64,000 nt of DNA. Source: an uncultured bacterium. GTDB taxonomy: Bacteria; Myxococcota_A; Bradymonadia; Bradymonadales; Bradymonadaceae. Both the position numbers and the translations under genes were made by a program. Below, piece by piece: positions 47,828 through 56,996 of the stretch. Within the stretch, counting starts at the first letter, position 1, and every line of letters begins with the position of its first letter. The DNA lies in contig CALJNB010000017.1 of NCBI GenBank assembly GCA_937981985.1, forward strand, positions 21,534 through 85,533, in the 5' to 3' direction. The notes below the pieces were generated by a model. It saw nothing but the letters and a program-made list of their open reading frames with translations. It was not told the origin of the DNA and did not search any database.

Positions 47828-48966
47828 TTCGTTTCGTCCATCAATACCGACGCAACATCATTCCAAAGTATTTGAAAGTCCGAACGCCCAAACTTCGCGC
47901 CGGAACCAAACCAATCCGCCCCATCGCGTTCGTCAAAAGGCCCGCGTAGATAATGTCCAATCACATCTAAATGATCAGCTCGAACGACACCTCTAAACTC
48001 ACCCCAAACTTGACTCAAGGTTGGGACAACGCCGTCGCTCATAGATTCAGTCACCGCAAAAGGTAAAGGTGTGTCGCTCACCAAATCACGTAGTTCAAGT
48101 GGCGGGTGGTAAGGGTAACCGGGATGAGACCGAGAGGTTAAGGTCCACAAAAGGCCGTACAAAATTTTGTTCATCGGAGTCAAAACATGTTTTAGCGAAA
48201 TGCGTTTTATTGCGGCGATCGGTGGAGGTGCCGAAGTGGCATACGAAACGTAACGGATTTTCGCATTGTCGAGCGTCGTCGCGTTAAAGAGTTCCATGCC
48301 TTCGGGGGTAATTTGAATCATGGCCCCCTGATCGTCCAAAATCGACTGCAAAAAACTCCTCACTTCCCCCTCCTCCTGCGGTCCAAATTCCTTAAGCAAA
48401 TTGTTCGTAATCTGATGCAAAACCGTCTCATCTAAACCCAACAGATTATTGAGCTTACCAAGCACCCCCACCATTCCACCGATTAAACTAATCGGTTTTC
48501 GCCACAAACCCACAATTACAATTAGGGAAACGAGATAGAGAAGATTCTTTCCATAAAAAGTAGTGAAAAAATTGCTTAAGGGTGTCCCATAGTGCGGTGC
48601 TGAAACGCTGACTATGTTGCGAATCTTTTTTCGTATCTTCTTTTCCAGGGGCCCCAGACCAAGTTCGACACTAGGAGAAGCAAGTAGTCTGGCATCAAGT
48701 GCCCCGGTTGAATGTCCAATCAAATGAACGATCACACCATCATCTAACCCTCCCGTATCGCGAATTGACATTGCTAATTTTCTAGCCCGATGGGTCAGCG
48801 ATGCTGTCGGCATGGTACGCACGTCAAAAATTTCCACATGTAAATCGCGGCGTCCAAACGCTTCATTTAGAGTTTCGTGAACTTGTCGGAAGTAAGAAAT
48901 ACCACCTATAGAGGCAAAACCAAAAAAGCCCGGAATCAAATACACGTGATGACGTTGCTTACTCAT
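47824..48966 (-). CDS. Alpha/beta-hydrolase (lipase/esterase-like)
   Basis: Oxyanion-type start YLIPGFFGF. Nucleophile elbow GHSTG. Later SDGVV (Asp) and DHLDVIGH (His) candidates. ATGA overlaps at both ends. Confidence 0.68.
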   Translation of the reverse strand: MSKQRHHVYLIPGFFGFASIGGISYFRQVHETLNEAFGRRDLHVEIFDVRTMPTASLTHRARKLAMSIRDTGGLDDGVIVHLIGHSTGALDARLLASPSVELGLGPLEKKIRKKIRNIVSVSAPHYGTPLSNFFTTFYGKNLLYLVSLIVIVGLWRKPISLIGGMVGVLGKLNNLLGLDETVLHQITNNLLKEFGPQEEGEVRSFLQSILDDQGAMIQITPEGMELFNATTLDNAKIRYVSYATSAPPPIAAIKRISLKHVLTPMNKILYGLLWTLTSRSHPGYPYHPPLELRDLVSDTPLPFAVTESMSDGVVPTLSQVWGEFRGVVRADHLDVIGHYLRGPFDERDGADWFGSGAKFGRSDFQILWNDVASVLMDETK

Positions 48967-50348
48967 GAAAAACTCCGCACGCGCTCCATCACTGATTCAT
49001 AATTTGAATAGATATCATCTTCGTATTTGTGTTTACCATTTTGTATAATCTTCTTCCCACCAACGAAAACATCTTTTATCGTATCAGGAGTCATTGATAA
49101 TAAAATATTTGCGCCGAGAGATTCAGAGTCCGATCCCAAAAGCGTACGATGTTTGAGATCAACTGTAAAAAAATCCGCCGACGCGTCGTCTGCTATCGCG
49201 GGCGCCCCATTTCGAAGTGCACGCGAACCATTTTTCGACAGCATCGGAAGTAAAATTTCTGCCGTCGTAGCGCGGTCCAATTCACTAGCAAGTACGTTGC
49301 GCTTTTCGACGAGAAGACGGTCATTGTATTCTAGAAGTCTAGCATCTGAAAAAAGATCGATCTGAGAATGACTATCACTCCCCAGACACACAGGAATCTT
49401 AGATTTTAAAAAATCGACGATCGGTAAGAAACCATCTCCTAAATTACGTTCGGTTGTCGGGCAAACACAAATATTGGCTTGCGTCTCAGCCATCCTTTCG
49501 ATTTCCTTTCGCGTTGCGTGATTTGCATGAACAATCGTTGTTCGTTCCGACAACCCGCCATTTTCGTAGATCCACTCAATTGGAGAAAGCCCCCTTTTAG
49601 CAACGGAATCTTTTACTTCACCTCTTTGTTCGCTGGCGTGGATATGCAAAGGAGCATCGTAGTATTGTGCGGCATCGCTAATCGCCCCCAGCCAATGTTC
49701 GTCAATCGCCCTCACACTGTGGGGGGCGTATCCGATCACAACATCGTGACCTTTCCAATTGGTGCGCAGTGTATTTGTCTTTTCCAAGTAGCTCCGAACG
49801 TCTTTGGAAACGAAGCGCTTTTGGGCTTGGTTAGGTGTTTTGCCAATACCACCAAAGTGATAAGCGACATTAAGAAGAGTAATACGAATTCCAATTTTTT
49901 TTGCTGCTTCGATCATCCGATCGGCGAGCTCATTTTCATTGATATAGGGAACACCATCGGGTTGATTGTGTAGGTAATGGAACTCTCCGACACTCGTAAT
50001 CCCGCTTTGTGCCATTTCTAAAAACGTAAACTCGGCAACTTTTGAAATTTCGTCGGCGGTGAGGCCTTGAGCCGCGCTATACATCGCTGTTCTCCAACTC
50101 CAAAAATTATCTTCTAGCCCCTCCGCAGGAGATTGATTGCGCGGCGTTCGATGTTCTGTCCGTCCGCGGATAACGCGTTGAAAAGCATGAGAATGTGCGT
50201 TTACGCAACCGGGTAGTATTGCAACATCTCCAAGATCGATTGCATCGCTGCAATCACGACTCATTACAAAACGTCCCGCTTTGATTTCAAAAGAAATATT
50301 TTCCTGAAAAACACTATCGATCAGTATATATTTTGCCGTCCACTTCAT
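48963..50348 (-). CDS. Amidohydrolase-superfamily deaminase, formimidoylglutamate deiminase (HutF)-like
   Basis: Metal-binding PGCVNAHSHAFQRVIRGRTE (HxH followed by AFQR) is characteristic of the HutF/guanine-deaminase-like clade. Later HIHASE and GSDSH motifs. Start set to ATG 50348; the ORF track opens at TTG 50387. Confidence 0.72.
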   Translation of the reverse strand: MKWTAKYILIDSVFQENISFEIKAGRFVMSRDCSDAIDLGDVAILPGCVNAHSHAFQRVIRGRTEHRTPRNQSPAEGLEDNFWSWRTAMYSAAQGLTADEISKVAEFTFLEMAQSGITSVGEFHYLHNQPDGVPYINENELADRMIEAAKKIGIRITLLNVAYHFGGIGKTPNQAQKRFVSKDVRSYLEKTNTLRTNWKGHDVVIGYAPHSVRAIDEHWLGAISDAAQYYDAPLHIHASEQRGEVKDSVAKRGLSPIEWIYENGGLSERTTIVHANHATRKEIERMAETQANICVCPTTERNLGDGFLPIVDFLKSKIPVCLGSDSHSQIDLFSDARLLEYNDRLLVEKRNVLASELDRATTAEILLPMLSKNGSRALRNGAPAIADDASADFFTVDLKHRTLLGSDSESLGANILLSMTPDTIKDVFVGGKKIIQNGKHKYEDDIYSNYESVMERVRSFS

Positions 50349-50476
50349 TCTGGGATGGTAGGACCAGTTGAGACAAAGGTAAAGCAAGAAGCCTATCGAT
50401 GCTTCGATTCACAACACTTGAGTATTTAATGGCGGCGCACTCTTGAGCCTTCGTTTCTTTGCCGTTATCCTCGATT

Positions 50477-51673
50477 ATGGACACACAATTTCTTAAAAAA
50501 ATCGACGCTTCGATTTCATCGAACGCAAAAAACTTGATCGAACTTAGACGCTTCTTACATCGTAACCCCGAATTAAGTCAGCAGGAGTTTGCAACGACCG
50601 ATTTTCTTTCAAAGCGACTCTTAGATCTCGGATTTGATGTTAACATCCGTCCTGAAAAAACCGGATTTTATGCCGACTTAACACCCAAAAATTTCGATCC
50701 TAAAACAGACAAGACCATCGCGCTAAGATGCGATTTAGACGCCCTACCGATAGATGAAAAAGCCGATGTTACCTATATTTCGGAAAACCCGGGCGTCATG
50801 CATGCCTGTGGTCACGATGCTCACATGACCATCATCACTGGAATAGCTGAAGCGTTGGCTGAAACCGAACTCCCCGGACGCTTGCGCCTCATCTACCAAC
50901 ATGCTGAAGAGACCTCGCCGGGCGGAGCTTCAGAACTCATCGCATTCGGTGCTTTAAAAGGCGTCGACTCCATTTTGGGTGTTCATGTTGAACCCAAAAT
51001 AAAAGCCGGGAAGGTTGGCGTTAAACCAGGGGCATTTACGGCAGCCTTTGATGTTTTTGAAATCACAATACATGGCAAAGCCGGACACGGAGCAAGACCT
51101 CACCATTGTGTTGACCCGATTTATATTCTAACCCAAGCGGCGAACGCACTTTATAATGCAGTCGGACGACGCGCGGATGCCGGGGATCCAATGACGTTTT
51201 CGATCGGCAAAATAGAAGGCGGATCGGCGTATAATATCATCCCCAACACGGCATTTATGGGCGGTACTATCCGGACGCTTTCGATTGAGAATCGCGAAAA
51301 GATCAAACCTTTGCTGAACCAAATCCTAAAAGGAATTTGCGACGCTCACGGCGCGAGTTATGAACTCACAATCTTGAGTGGCTCTCCGGCGATTATTAAC
51401 GATATTCACTTAAATCGTTCCATTCGACAAGCCGCCGTAGAGACGATCGGCGAAGAGAATGTGATCGATATGCAATTACCGAGTATGGGTTCAGAAGATT
51501 TTTCGGAATATTTGAAATTTGTTCCCGGTGCGATGTTCCGTTTAGGAGTTGCCGAAGATGACAATGCTCATATGTTACACTCGGCCTTTTTCAAAATAGA
51601 AGAGACTTCGCTTACGATTGGTTCTAGAATTTTAACCCGTACCGTTTTGAACCTCTTCAAAGAAGAAGCTTAA
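50477..51673 (+). CDS. M20D-family amidohydrolase (N-acyl-amino-acid amidohydrolase/hippurate hydrolase-like)
   Basis: LHRNPELSQQEF, MHACGHDAHM and YQHAEETSPGGA motifs. Start at ATG 50477 (alternative TTG at 50459). Confidence 0.88.
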   Translation: MDTQFLKKIDASISSNAKNLIELRRFLHRNPELSQQEFATTDFLSKRLLDLGFDVNIRPEKTGFYADLTPKNFDPKTDKTIALRCDLDALPIDEKADVTYISENPGVMHACGHDAHMTIITGIAEALAETELPGRLRLIYQHAEETSPGGASELIAFGALKGVDSILGVHVEPKIKAGKVGVKPGAFTAAFDVFEITIHGKAGHGARPHHCVDPIYILTQAANALYNAVGRRADAGDPMTFSIGKIEGGSAYNIIPNTAFMGGTIRTLSIENREKIKPLLNQILKGICDAHGASYELTILSGSPAIINDIHLNRSIRQAAVETIGEENVIDMQLPSMGSEDFSEYLKFVPGAMFRLGVAEDDNAHMLHSAFFKIEETSLTIGSRILTRTVLNLFKEEA

Positions 51674-52734
51674 GGGTTCAAAATCTCTTCAATCGTCAAA
51701 CTACATCCTCGAATTTCCGCGTCGCTAGCACGACCATGAAGTAAAAACCCTTCGTTTTTCAATGACCCGATATCAGAGGTCAAAATTGCGCTCACGGAGA
51801 ACACGTTAGCCAGATCAAACCAACGAATAAGACCACGAGTAAGCGTATTATCAACCTTCATCGTTTTCGGATCAACCAGATCTACCCTCGCCCAAGCTGG
51901 GGTCTTATAGACAGATTCCTGCCATGGTAAATGTTCAGCAACGCTATTGGTATAGGACTGACTTGATAACTCCGTCATGCTGTATTCGGATACGATATGA
52001 GTTTTAGGGATACCAAGTTGGTTGCCAATCATTTCGTAAAAATCAGCACGACTCACTTCACGTGTACGCCCCTTCAATCCGCCCGTTTCCATAATCACGC
52101 TACCGGCCGGTAGAACCCACTTCTTGTCGGGATAGGCGTCAAAAAATCCTATTAGCGCGAAGGCAGTTCCTAGGATAACTGTCGGCTCGTTGATTGAGGA
52201 CAACGCATGGGAAAATTTTTCGAACTGCATCTCAAGGTTTCCTGTCTCGCAAACCCCAACGCAATAAGACACGGATTTGGAATATTTATCCGCCATTTCA
52301 GAAATCATATAAGACAAACTACTATCAGGAAGTAAGTCCGCTGGCGGCGCTAGAACGAGAAAAGGGAGATGTTGATTCTTGAGAACATATTTTTTAAATG
52401 GTGAATCAATCGACGCTTTATAGATCTCAAGACTGCCAAAATGGTGCTGCCCCCGATGCCCTTGAGTTGTTCCGCTCGTTTTAAAGGTACGTTTCTTCTG
52501 ATCTCCCCAAAATAGAGAAACATGTTTGAATACATCCGTTGGAACGGAAGGAATTTCTGTATACGAGGAAATCCTATTGGGTGCTTGATCACGACTGTCA
52601 CATAGCTTTTTGTACTCAGGAATTCCATCGTATTGAGCGCGAAAAATCTTTAGCGCGTGGGCATTGAATTGAGCATCTGAAATAGAGTTCTTTTTAATAA
52701 GTTCAATGGTTTCAGATTCTAAGGGATGTGGCAT
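51670..52734 (-). CDS. LuxE-like acyl-protein synthetase / adenylate-forming enzyme
   Basis: - N-terminal FRAQYDGIPEYKKLC...YTEIPSVPTDVFKH.
- Central TSGTTQG (AMP-binding-like).
- C-terminal GRASDAEIRGCS.

This layout matches my memory of the LuxE family (PF04443). Confidence 0.55.
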   Translation of the reverse strand: MPHPLESETIELIKKNSISDAQFNAHALKIFRAQYDGIPEYKKLCDSRDQAPNRISSYTEIPSVPTDVFKHVSLFWGDQKKRTFKTSGTTQGHRGQHHFGSLEIYKASIDSPFKKYVLKNQHLPFLVLAPPADLLPDSSLSYMISEMADKYSKSVSYCVGVCETGNLEMQFEKFSHALSSINEPTVILGTAFALIGFFDAYPDKKWVLPAGSVIMETGGLKGRTREVSRADFYEMIGNQLGIPKTHIVSEYSMTELSSQSYTNSVAEHLPWQESVYKTPAWARVDLVDPKTMKVDNTLTRGLIRWFDLANVFSVSAILTSDIGSLKNEGFLLHGRASDAEIRGCSLTIEEILNP

Positions 52735-52887
52735 CTAATTTCCTATTGCAATATCGTCGATCAGATAACAGATTGATTCTGGAGATCAAAATCGAAACAG
52801 TCTAATAGACCCACCGCGTCGTCGCTAACTTGAAATTTGATTCTCAAAACGACATACTTTGCTAAACAATATTTATAGGTCAAATCC

Positions 52888-54240
52888 ATGTTACGTTTCG
52901 GAATATTTTTCTTAATTCTATCAGTGTTCAGCTGTTCTTCAGACGATAAAAAAGACGTTTCAAACAACGCGACCCAGAATAACAATGCGTCTAATAATAG
53001 TGCCGAGCCAAAATGTGGAGATGAAAGTGTAAACCAAGAGAACGAAGAGTGTGATGGACGACTCAACGCGTCGTGTTTGAGCTTAGGTTTTGATGGAGGT
53101 GCATTATCGTGCACCGATGCTTGTAAATACGATACCTCTGAATGCGGAACCTGTGGCAACGGCGTTTTGGACGGAATCGAGGAATGCGAACCCGAGGACC
53201 TGAACGGTAACACGTGCTTAAAGGAAGGGTTTGAGATGGGAGAACTCAAATGTAACGATAGTTGCCAATTCGATGTCTCATCGTGTTCGACTTGCGGCAA
53301 TGGAGAACTAGAGGCGGACGAGGCGTGTGACGGAGAAGCGTTCGGGTCAAAAACATGCTCTACTGAACTGGAATCCATGGCGATGGGGGCACTCTCGTGT
53401 ACCGACGCATGTACGATTGAAACGACTCTTTGTTCGGCCCCTTTTACCGATATTGACGCGAGCGACACCTATACTTGTGGTCTGAAGTCCAACGGAGAAA
53501 TCTCATGTTGGGGCTCCCTTTTAGCTTTGGGTAGCGATCCTGATGTGCCCACTGGAAGCTTTACTAAAGTTAGCGTCGGTACCGACCATGTATGTACGAT
53601 CGATGAAAGTACTAAAATCGGGTGTTGGGGAGCCATCACCGAATTACCTTCGTCCAATTCAGACTTCATTGATGTAAAAGCCGGTATTTTTCACACTTGC
53701 GGTTTAAAATCCGATGGAACGATTGATTGCTGGGGGACACTGCCCGCCAATTTACTAGAAACACCGACAACAGCTGGGTTTAAGCAATTAGACGTTGAGG
53801 ACAATTATTCGTGCGCTATTTCTGCGGACGATGAAATTATTTGTTGGGGTACCGATTCGGCGCCGGCGTCCAATAGACTCCAACCACCACAAGGAACATT
53901 TAAAGAGATTAGCCTAGGCGAAACCCATGGTTGCGGAATCAAGATGGATGATGACACCGTAGTTTGTTGGGGAAATGATGATGAGGGAAAAGCAACCCCA
54001 CCAGAGGGAAAAACCTTTCAAACCATTCAAGCTTCAAATTTCAATACCTGCGGCATCGACGAAGACGACTATGTCGTTTGTTGGGGACCCGAACGCTTTA
54101 AAGATCAATTCGGCGTGTTTACTAAAATGGCGAGTGGACGCGAACATATTTGCGCCATCGACAATACTTCTACCACGGTGTGTTGGGGCAACGATGAAAC
54201 AGATTATCCTTTCGAAGTCCCCGCTTCGTCGACCCCCTGA
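52888..54240 (+). CDS. Lipoprotein with three myxo-type Cys-rich repeats fused to a seven-blade RCC1-like beta-propeller
   Basis: Lipobox LILSVFSCS. Three ~45-aa CG(D/N)Gxx(E/D)xxEECD repeats. Seven blades ending in xCWG (TCGLKSNGEISCWG, HVCTIDESTKIGCWG, HTCGLKSDGTIDCWG, YSCAISADDEIICWG, HGCGIKMDDDTVVCWG, NTCGIDEDDYVVCWG, HICAIDNTSTTVCWG). Confidence 0.85.
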   Translation: MLRFGIFFLILSVFSCSSDDKKDVSNNATQNNNASNNSAEPKCGDESVNQENEECDGRLNASCLSLGFDGGALSCTDACKYDTSECGTCGNGVLDGIEECEPEDLNGNTCLKEGFEMGELKCNDSCQFDVSSCSTCGNGELEADEACDGEAFGSKTCSTELESMAMGALSCTDACTIETTLCSAPFTDIDASDTYTCGLKSNGEISCWGSLLALGSDPDVPTGSFTKVSVGTDHVCTIDESTKIGCWGAITELPSSNSDFIDVKAGIFHTCGLKSDGTIDCWGTLPANLLETPTTAGFKQLDVEDNYSCAISADDEIICWGTDSAPASNRLQPPQGTFKEISLGETHGCGIKMDDDTVVCWGNDDEGKATPPEGKTFQTIQASNFNTCGIDEDDYVVCWGPERFKDQFGVFTKMASGREHICAIDNTSTTVCWGNDETDYPFEVPASSTP

Positions 54241-54244
54241 TCAA

Positions 54245-55417
54245 CTACGAAGTACTGCTACACGGAGCAACAGATAGACCAATAACTTGCTCTCCAGCCT
54301 TTAAAGTAATGACATGATTTCCTTTGGCGGGACGCCCCATTAATGGAAAGCGCCCCGCTTCCATTCGGTGCACACGATTTTGATCTGTAAATACGATAAG
54401 ATCTTCAGAGGGTAAAAGTGGAACAACGCAAATCACTTTATCACCGGGTTCCAATTTTAGAACCTGCATTCCGGCACCGCCGCGTCCCTGCGTTCGAAAG
54501 TCTTCGAACGAAATTCGTTTACCCATTCCGCGCTCGGTAATGACTGCCAGTTGAGAAACGCCATCCCCGAAAAACATATTCACAATTTCGTCGTTGGGTC
54601 CTGATAATTTCATTAAATTTACGCCGACTGATTTTCGACCCATAGATCTCATATCCCCCTGTTCGAAATGAATACCTTGACCCATAGCAGATGCGCAGAA
54701 GATTGTTTTCGTATCCGGACCCGTCACGACTGCAATCGGTTGATCTTCTCCCTTTAGCAAAAATGCTTCACGTCCACTTTGATCAAGAAGAGATCCGATT
54801 TCGGAGGCTTCAGATGCCTTTCCTTTCCCGCCTTTAGTTGCATGAATAAAGCGACCCATCTGACCTGCTTTACGAGGAAGTGCAGCAAATACGTGCTCGG
54901 TTGAGAACATATGAGACAACATATTTTGATAAGAACGTAATTTCTCATCATGATTCCAGGTTGGAAGTACCGCACCAATCATCCCATAATAACGACCCTC
55001 GTTTGTGAAAAGAAAAACCCCTTCCGGTTCTCCGATGTGGTCGAGACGGAAAATGGGACCGGCTCCCTCCGCTGTGCGAAAACGCACTGGACTTTCGGTA
55101 ATCGGAATATCATCGGCATCCATTTTGAAAAAATGCCCATTCTTTGTACGACCGAGTAAATAGTCACTGGAATGGGGGCTACGAATTCTCACAATATTTT
55201 CATCGATCTTTGCTTTTGCAGCTTTGGGTTTCTTAGCTTGGAATTGATTGAGAATAATCCCGACCAAAGCTTCTTCCCACGACCCGAAAAGTTCTATGGC
55301 TTCAGTGTATAACGCCTCATTTGTGGTCGCGACCGATAATTCTAGAAGGGAATTTCCGGTGGGGTCGGATTCGGCTAACGCTTTTATTTTGTTGATGAAA
55401 GTATTCATGAGACTCAT
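54245..55417 (-). CDS. Stand-alone GyrA/ParC C-terminal-domain-like (beta-pinwheel) protein
   Basis: Repeated blade signatures: VFLFTNEGRYYGM, ATKGGKGKA, MGRKSVGVNLMKLSGPNDEIV, TQGRGGAGMQVLKLEPGDKVI and MGRPAKGNHVITLKAGEQVIG. There is no N-terminal breakage-reunion domain. Confidence 0.68.
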   Translation of the reverse strand: MSLMNTFINKIKALAESDPTGNSLLELSVATTNEALYTEAIELFGSWEEALVGIILNQFQAKKPKAAKAKIDENIVRIRSPHSSDYLLGRTKNGHFFKMDADDIPITESPVRFRTAEGAGPIFRLDHIGEPEGVFLFTNEGRYYGMIGAVLPTWNHDEKLRSYQNMLSHMFSTEHVFAALPRKAGQMGRFIHATKGGKGKASEASEIGSLLDQSGREAFLLKGEDQPIAVVTGPDTKTIFCASAMGQGIHFEQGDMRSMGRKSVGVNLMKLSGPNDEIVNMFFGDGVSQLAVITERGMGKRISFEDFRTQGRGGAGMQVLKLEPGDKVICVVPLLPSEDLIVFTDQNRVHRMEAGRFPLMGRPAKGNHVITLKAGEQVIGLSVAPCSSTS

Positions 55418-55610
55418 TTGTGATTATTGGGCTAGGTTACAATAGTATCCTTTTTTTCGTTAGGGCTTTTGTTCATCTTTCTCGTTCACGAGCGCGGCTT
55501 GGAGCAGTCCTGCTCCCCATTTTCAGACAAGGTCCACACTGTATTTTAATGGTCGAAGATCTTACAGGTTATTGGATTTGTTCTACACGAGCCAAAAGTG
55601 TGCTCACTTA

Positions 55611-56984
55611 TTAAAACCAAACGTGTGAGATAAACAGGAGCTCTGAGACATCAGCGTTTATGAACTCGGGAACAGGATGAACACCGTTAAACCCTAAACG
55701 ATAGAGCAGTTCGAAATGCAAAAAGGTGTACGGATGGATGTCGGCACCGACTGAAAGTCGGTGAGCGTGGTCGCCTTCGAATGAAATATTTTTATCGGAA
55801 TAATCGTATTTAGCTTTAGCAAACAACCCTTTCATAATCGTATAATTGAATTCATGATGGGCGTAGATTCCAAAGGTGGGCTCATTACCATCCAGACCCG
55901 GGATAGAACTCATCCGAACATCAATTTCGCCGTAATAGATATAGGGGTTGAAGTTTAACGACCCATTAAGTCCAAAGGTTAAGGTCTGAATTCCACCATC
56001 GCCATTACCTTCGTCTTCTAGCGCGGTATCTTCGTCAAAAAAATGAAAACTCGCGCCAAGATTCCAGCCGAAATGCCGATAGCCAACATTGACCGTACTC
56101 GCTATTCCCCGCGGTTGCCGATCTCCGGGCCAATCCAGACCTGTGTAATAAAGTGACGCATCGGCGTAAAAATAATTGGGATTATATCCAATATCAAAAC
56201 CGGTACCTTGAAAATTTTGGTTCATTCCCAAGCCTTCTCGGGTGAACGCGGTATGATCTGGCGTGCGCCAGCCAAAGCGCGGTACAAAACGACCAAAACG
56301 AATCCAGGTATTATATTTCCAGCGGTATTTTAGAAAGACTTCTTTAACTGCAAAATAATCCGCTAGGTCCGGGTCGTCTTGGGTATAGGTATCGGTATTT
56401 TTATAACCCTGTCCGCCAACAGCCACATAGAATTGAAGATCACGAACGGATTCGTTGAGCAAATACAGATCGGCCTGCATTGGGAATACAAAAGGACTAT
56501 CCGGATTTCCTGATTGCGTTAGGAAGGCCGCGCGAAAATCGCCGCCAAGATCCCATTTCGGCTTTGGACTAATATCTCCATATCGCTCTTTGATGGTAGT
56601 GTGTTTAATCTTACCTGGCCACCATCCGCGCCAGCCTTCAGTCCAATCCCATGCCCCTTTTGTAGGGAATCCTTTTTGCAAATATTTTTCGGGATCGGCC
56701 GATGCCGAAGGCCGAGTGCCAAACATTGAAAGCGATTCTTTTCCGAAATATTGTCCATCGGCTAGTCTTAAACCACCTCCCGCATTTGATACGTGGCAGC
56801 CAATACAATCCAAAGTACAGCGGCGTTCAGACATATCTGGGTTTGCCCAACCAATCGGCTCAATATGGCAAGTGCTACACTCATTTGCCGATGCCATTGT
56901 ATAAAGTGGAATCGTGTTTCCAGCAGGCGTTAAAATTAGAAAGCTGGTGATCCCTAATAGAACGCTGAGAACGTGATATTTCAT
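55611..56984 (-). CDS. Outer-membrane beta-barrel-like protein with two N-terminal CxxCH haem-binding motifs
   Basis: Signal peptide. CSTCH (nt 56865-56879) and CIGCH (nt 56793-56807). About 380 aa rich in Gly/aromatic alternating strands. C-terminal ...FISHVWF ends in an aromatic residue, as in OMPs. Confidence 0.58.
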   Translation of the reverse strand: MKYHVLSVLLGITSFLILTPAGNTIPLYTMASANECSTCHIEPIGWANPDMSERRCTLDCIGCHVSNAGGGLRLADGQYFGKESLSMFGTRPSASADPEKYLQKGFPTKGAWDWTEGWRGWWPGKIKHTTIKERYGDISPKPKWDLGGDFRAAFLTQSGNPDSPFVFPMQADLYLLNESVRDLQFYVAVGGQGYKNTDTYTQDDPDLADYFAVKEVFLKYRWKYNTWIRFGRFVPRFGWRTPDHTAFTREGLGMNQNFQGTGFDIGYNPNYFYADASLYYTGLDWPGDRQPRGIASTVNVGYRHFGWNLGASFHFFDEDTALEDEGNGDGGIQTLTFGLNGSLNFNPYIYYGEIDVRMSSIPGLDGNEPTFGIYAHHEFNYTIMKGLFAKAKYDYSDKNISFEGDHAHRLSVGADIHPYTFLHFELLYRLGFNGVHPVPEFINADVSELLFISHVWF

Positions 56985-56996
56985 TAATAACCTATT

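Noticed and set aside
50349-50476. TPP riboswitch upstream of the deaminase-hydrolase-thiD operon
   Set aside because: The divergent spacer is only ~130 nt and must hold two promoters. I saw no CUGAGA...ACCUGAUCUGGAUAAUGCCAGCG-type core on the minus strand.
52761-53468. 235-aa minus-strand ORF, plus other long antisense ORFs (5729-6292, 9252-9821, 21613-22179, 22351-22788, 41330-41815, 46582-46989, 49479-49973, 56455-56904)
   Set aside because: Each lies entirely or mostly antisense to, or out of frame within, a gene with strong family motifs. Their translations are low-complexity (Ser/Pro/Arg-rich) and show no motifs. They are most likely non-coding shadows.
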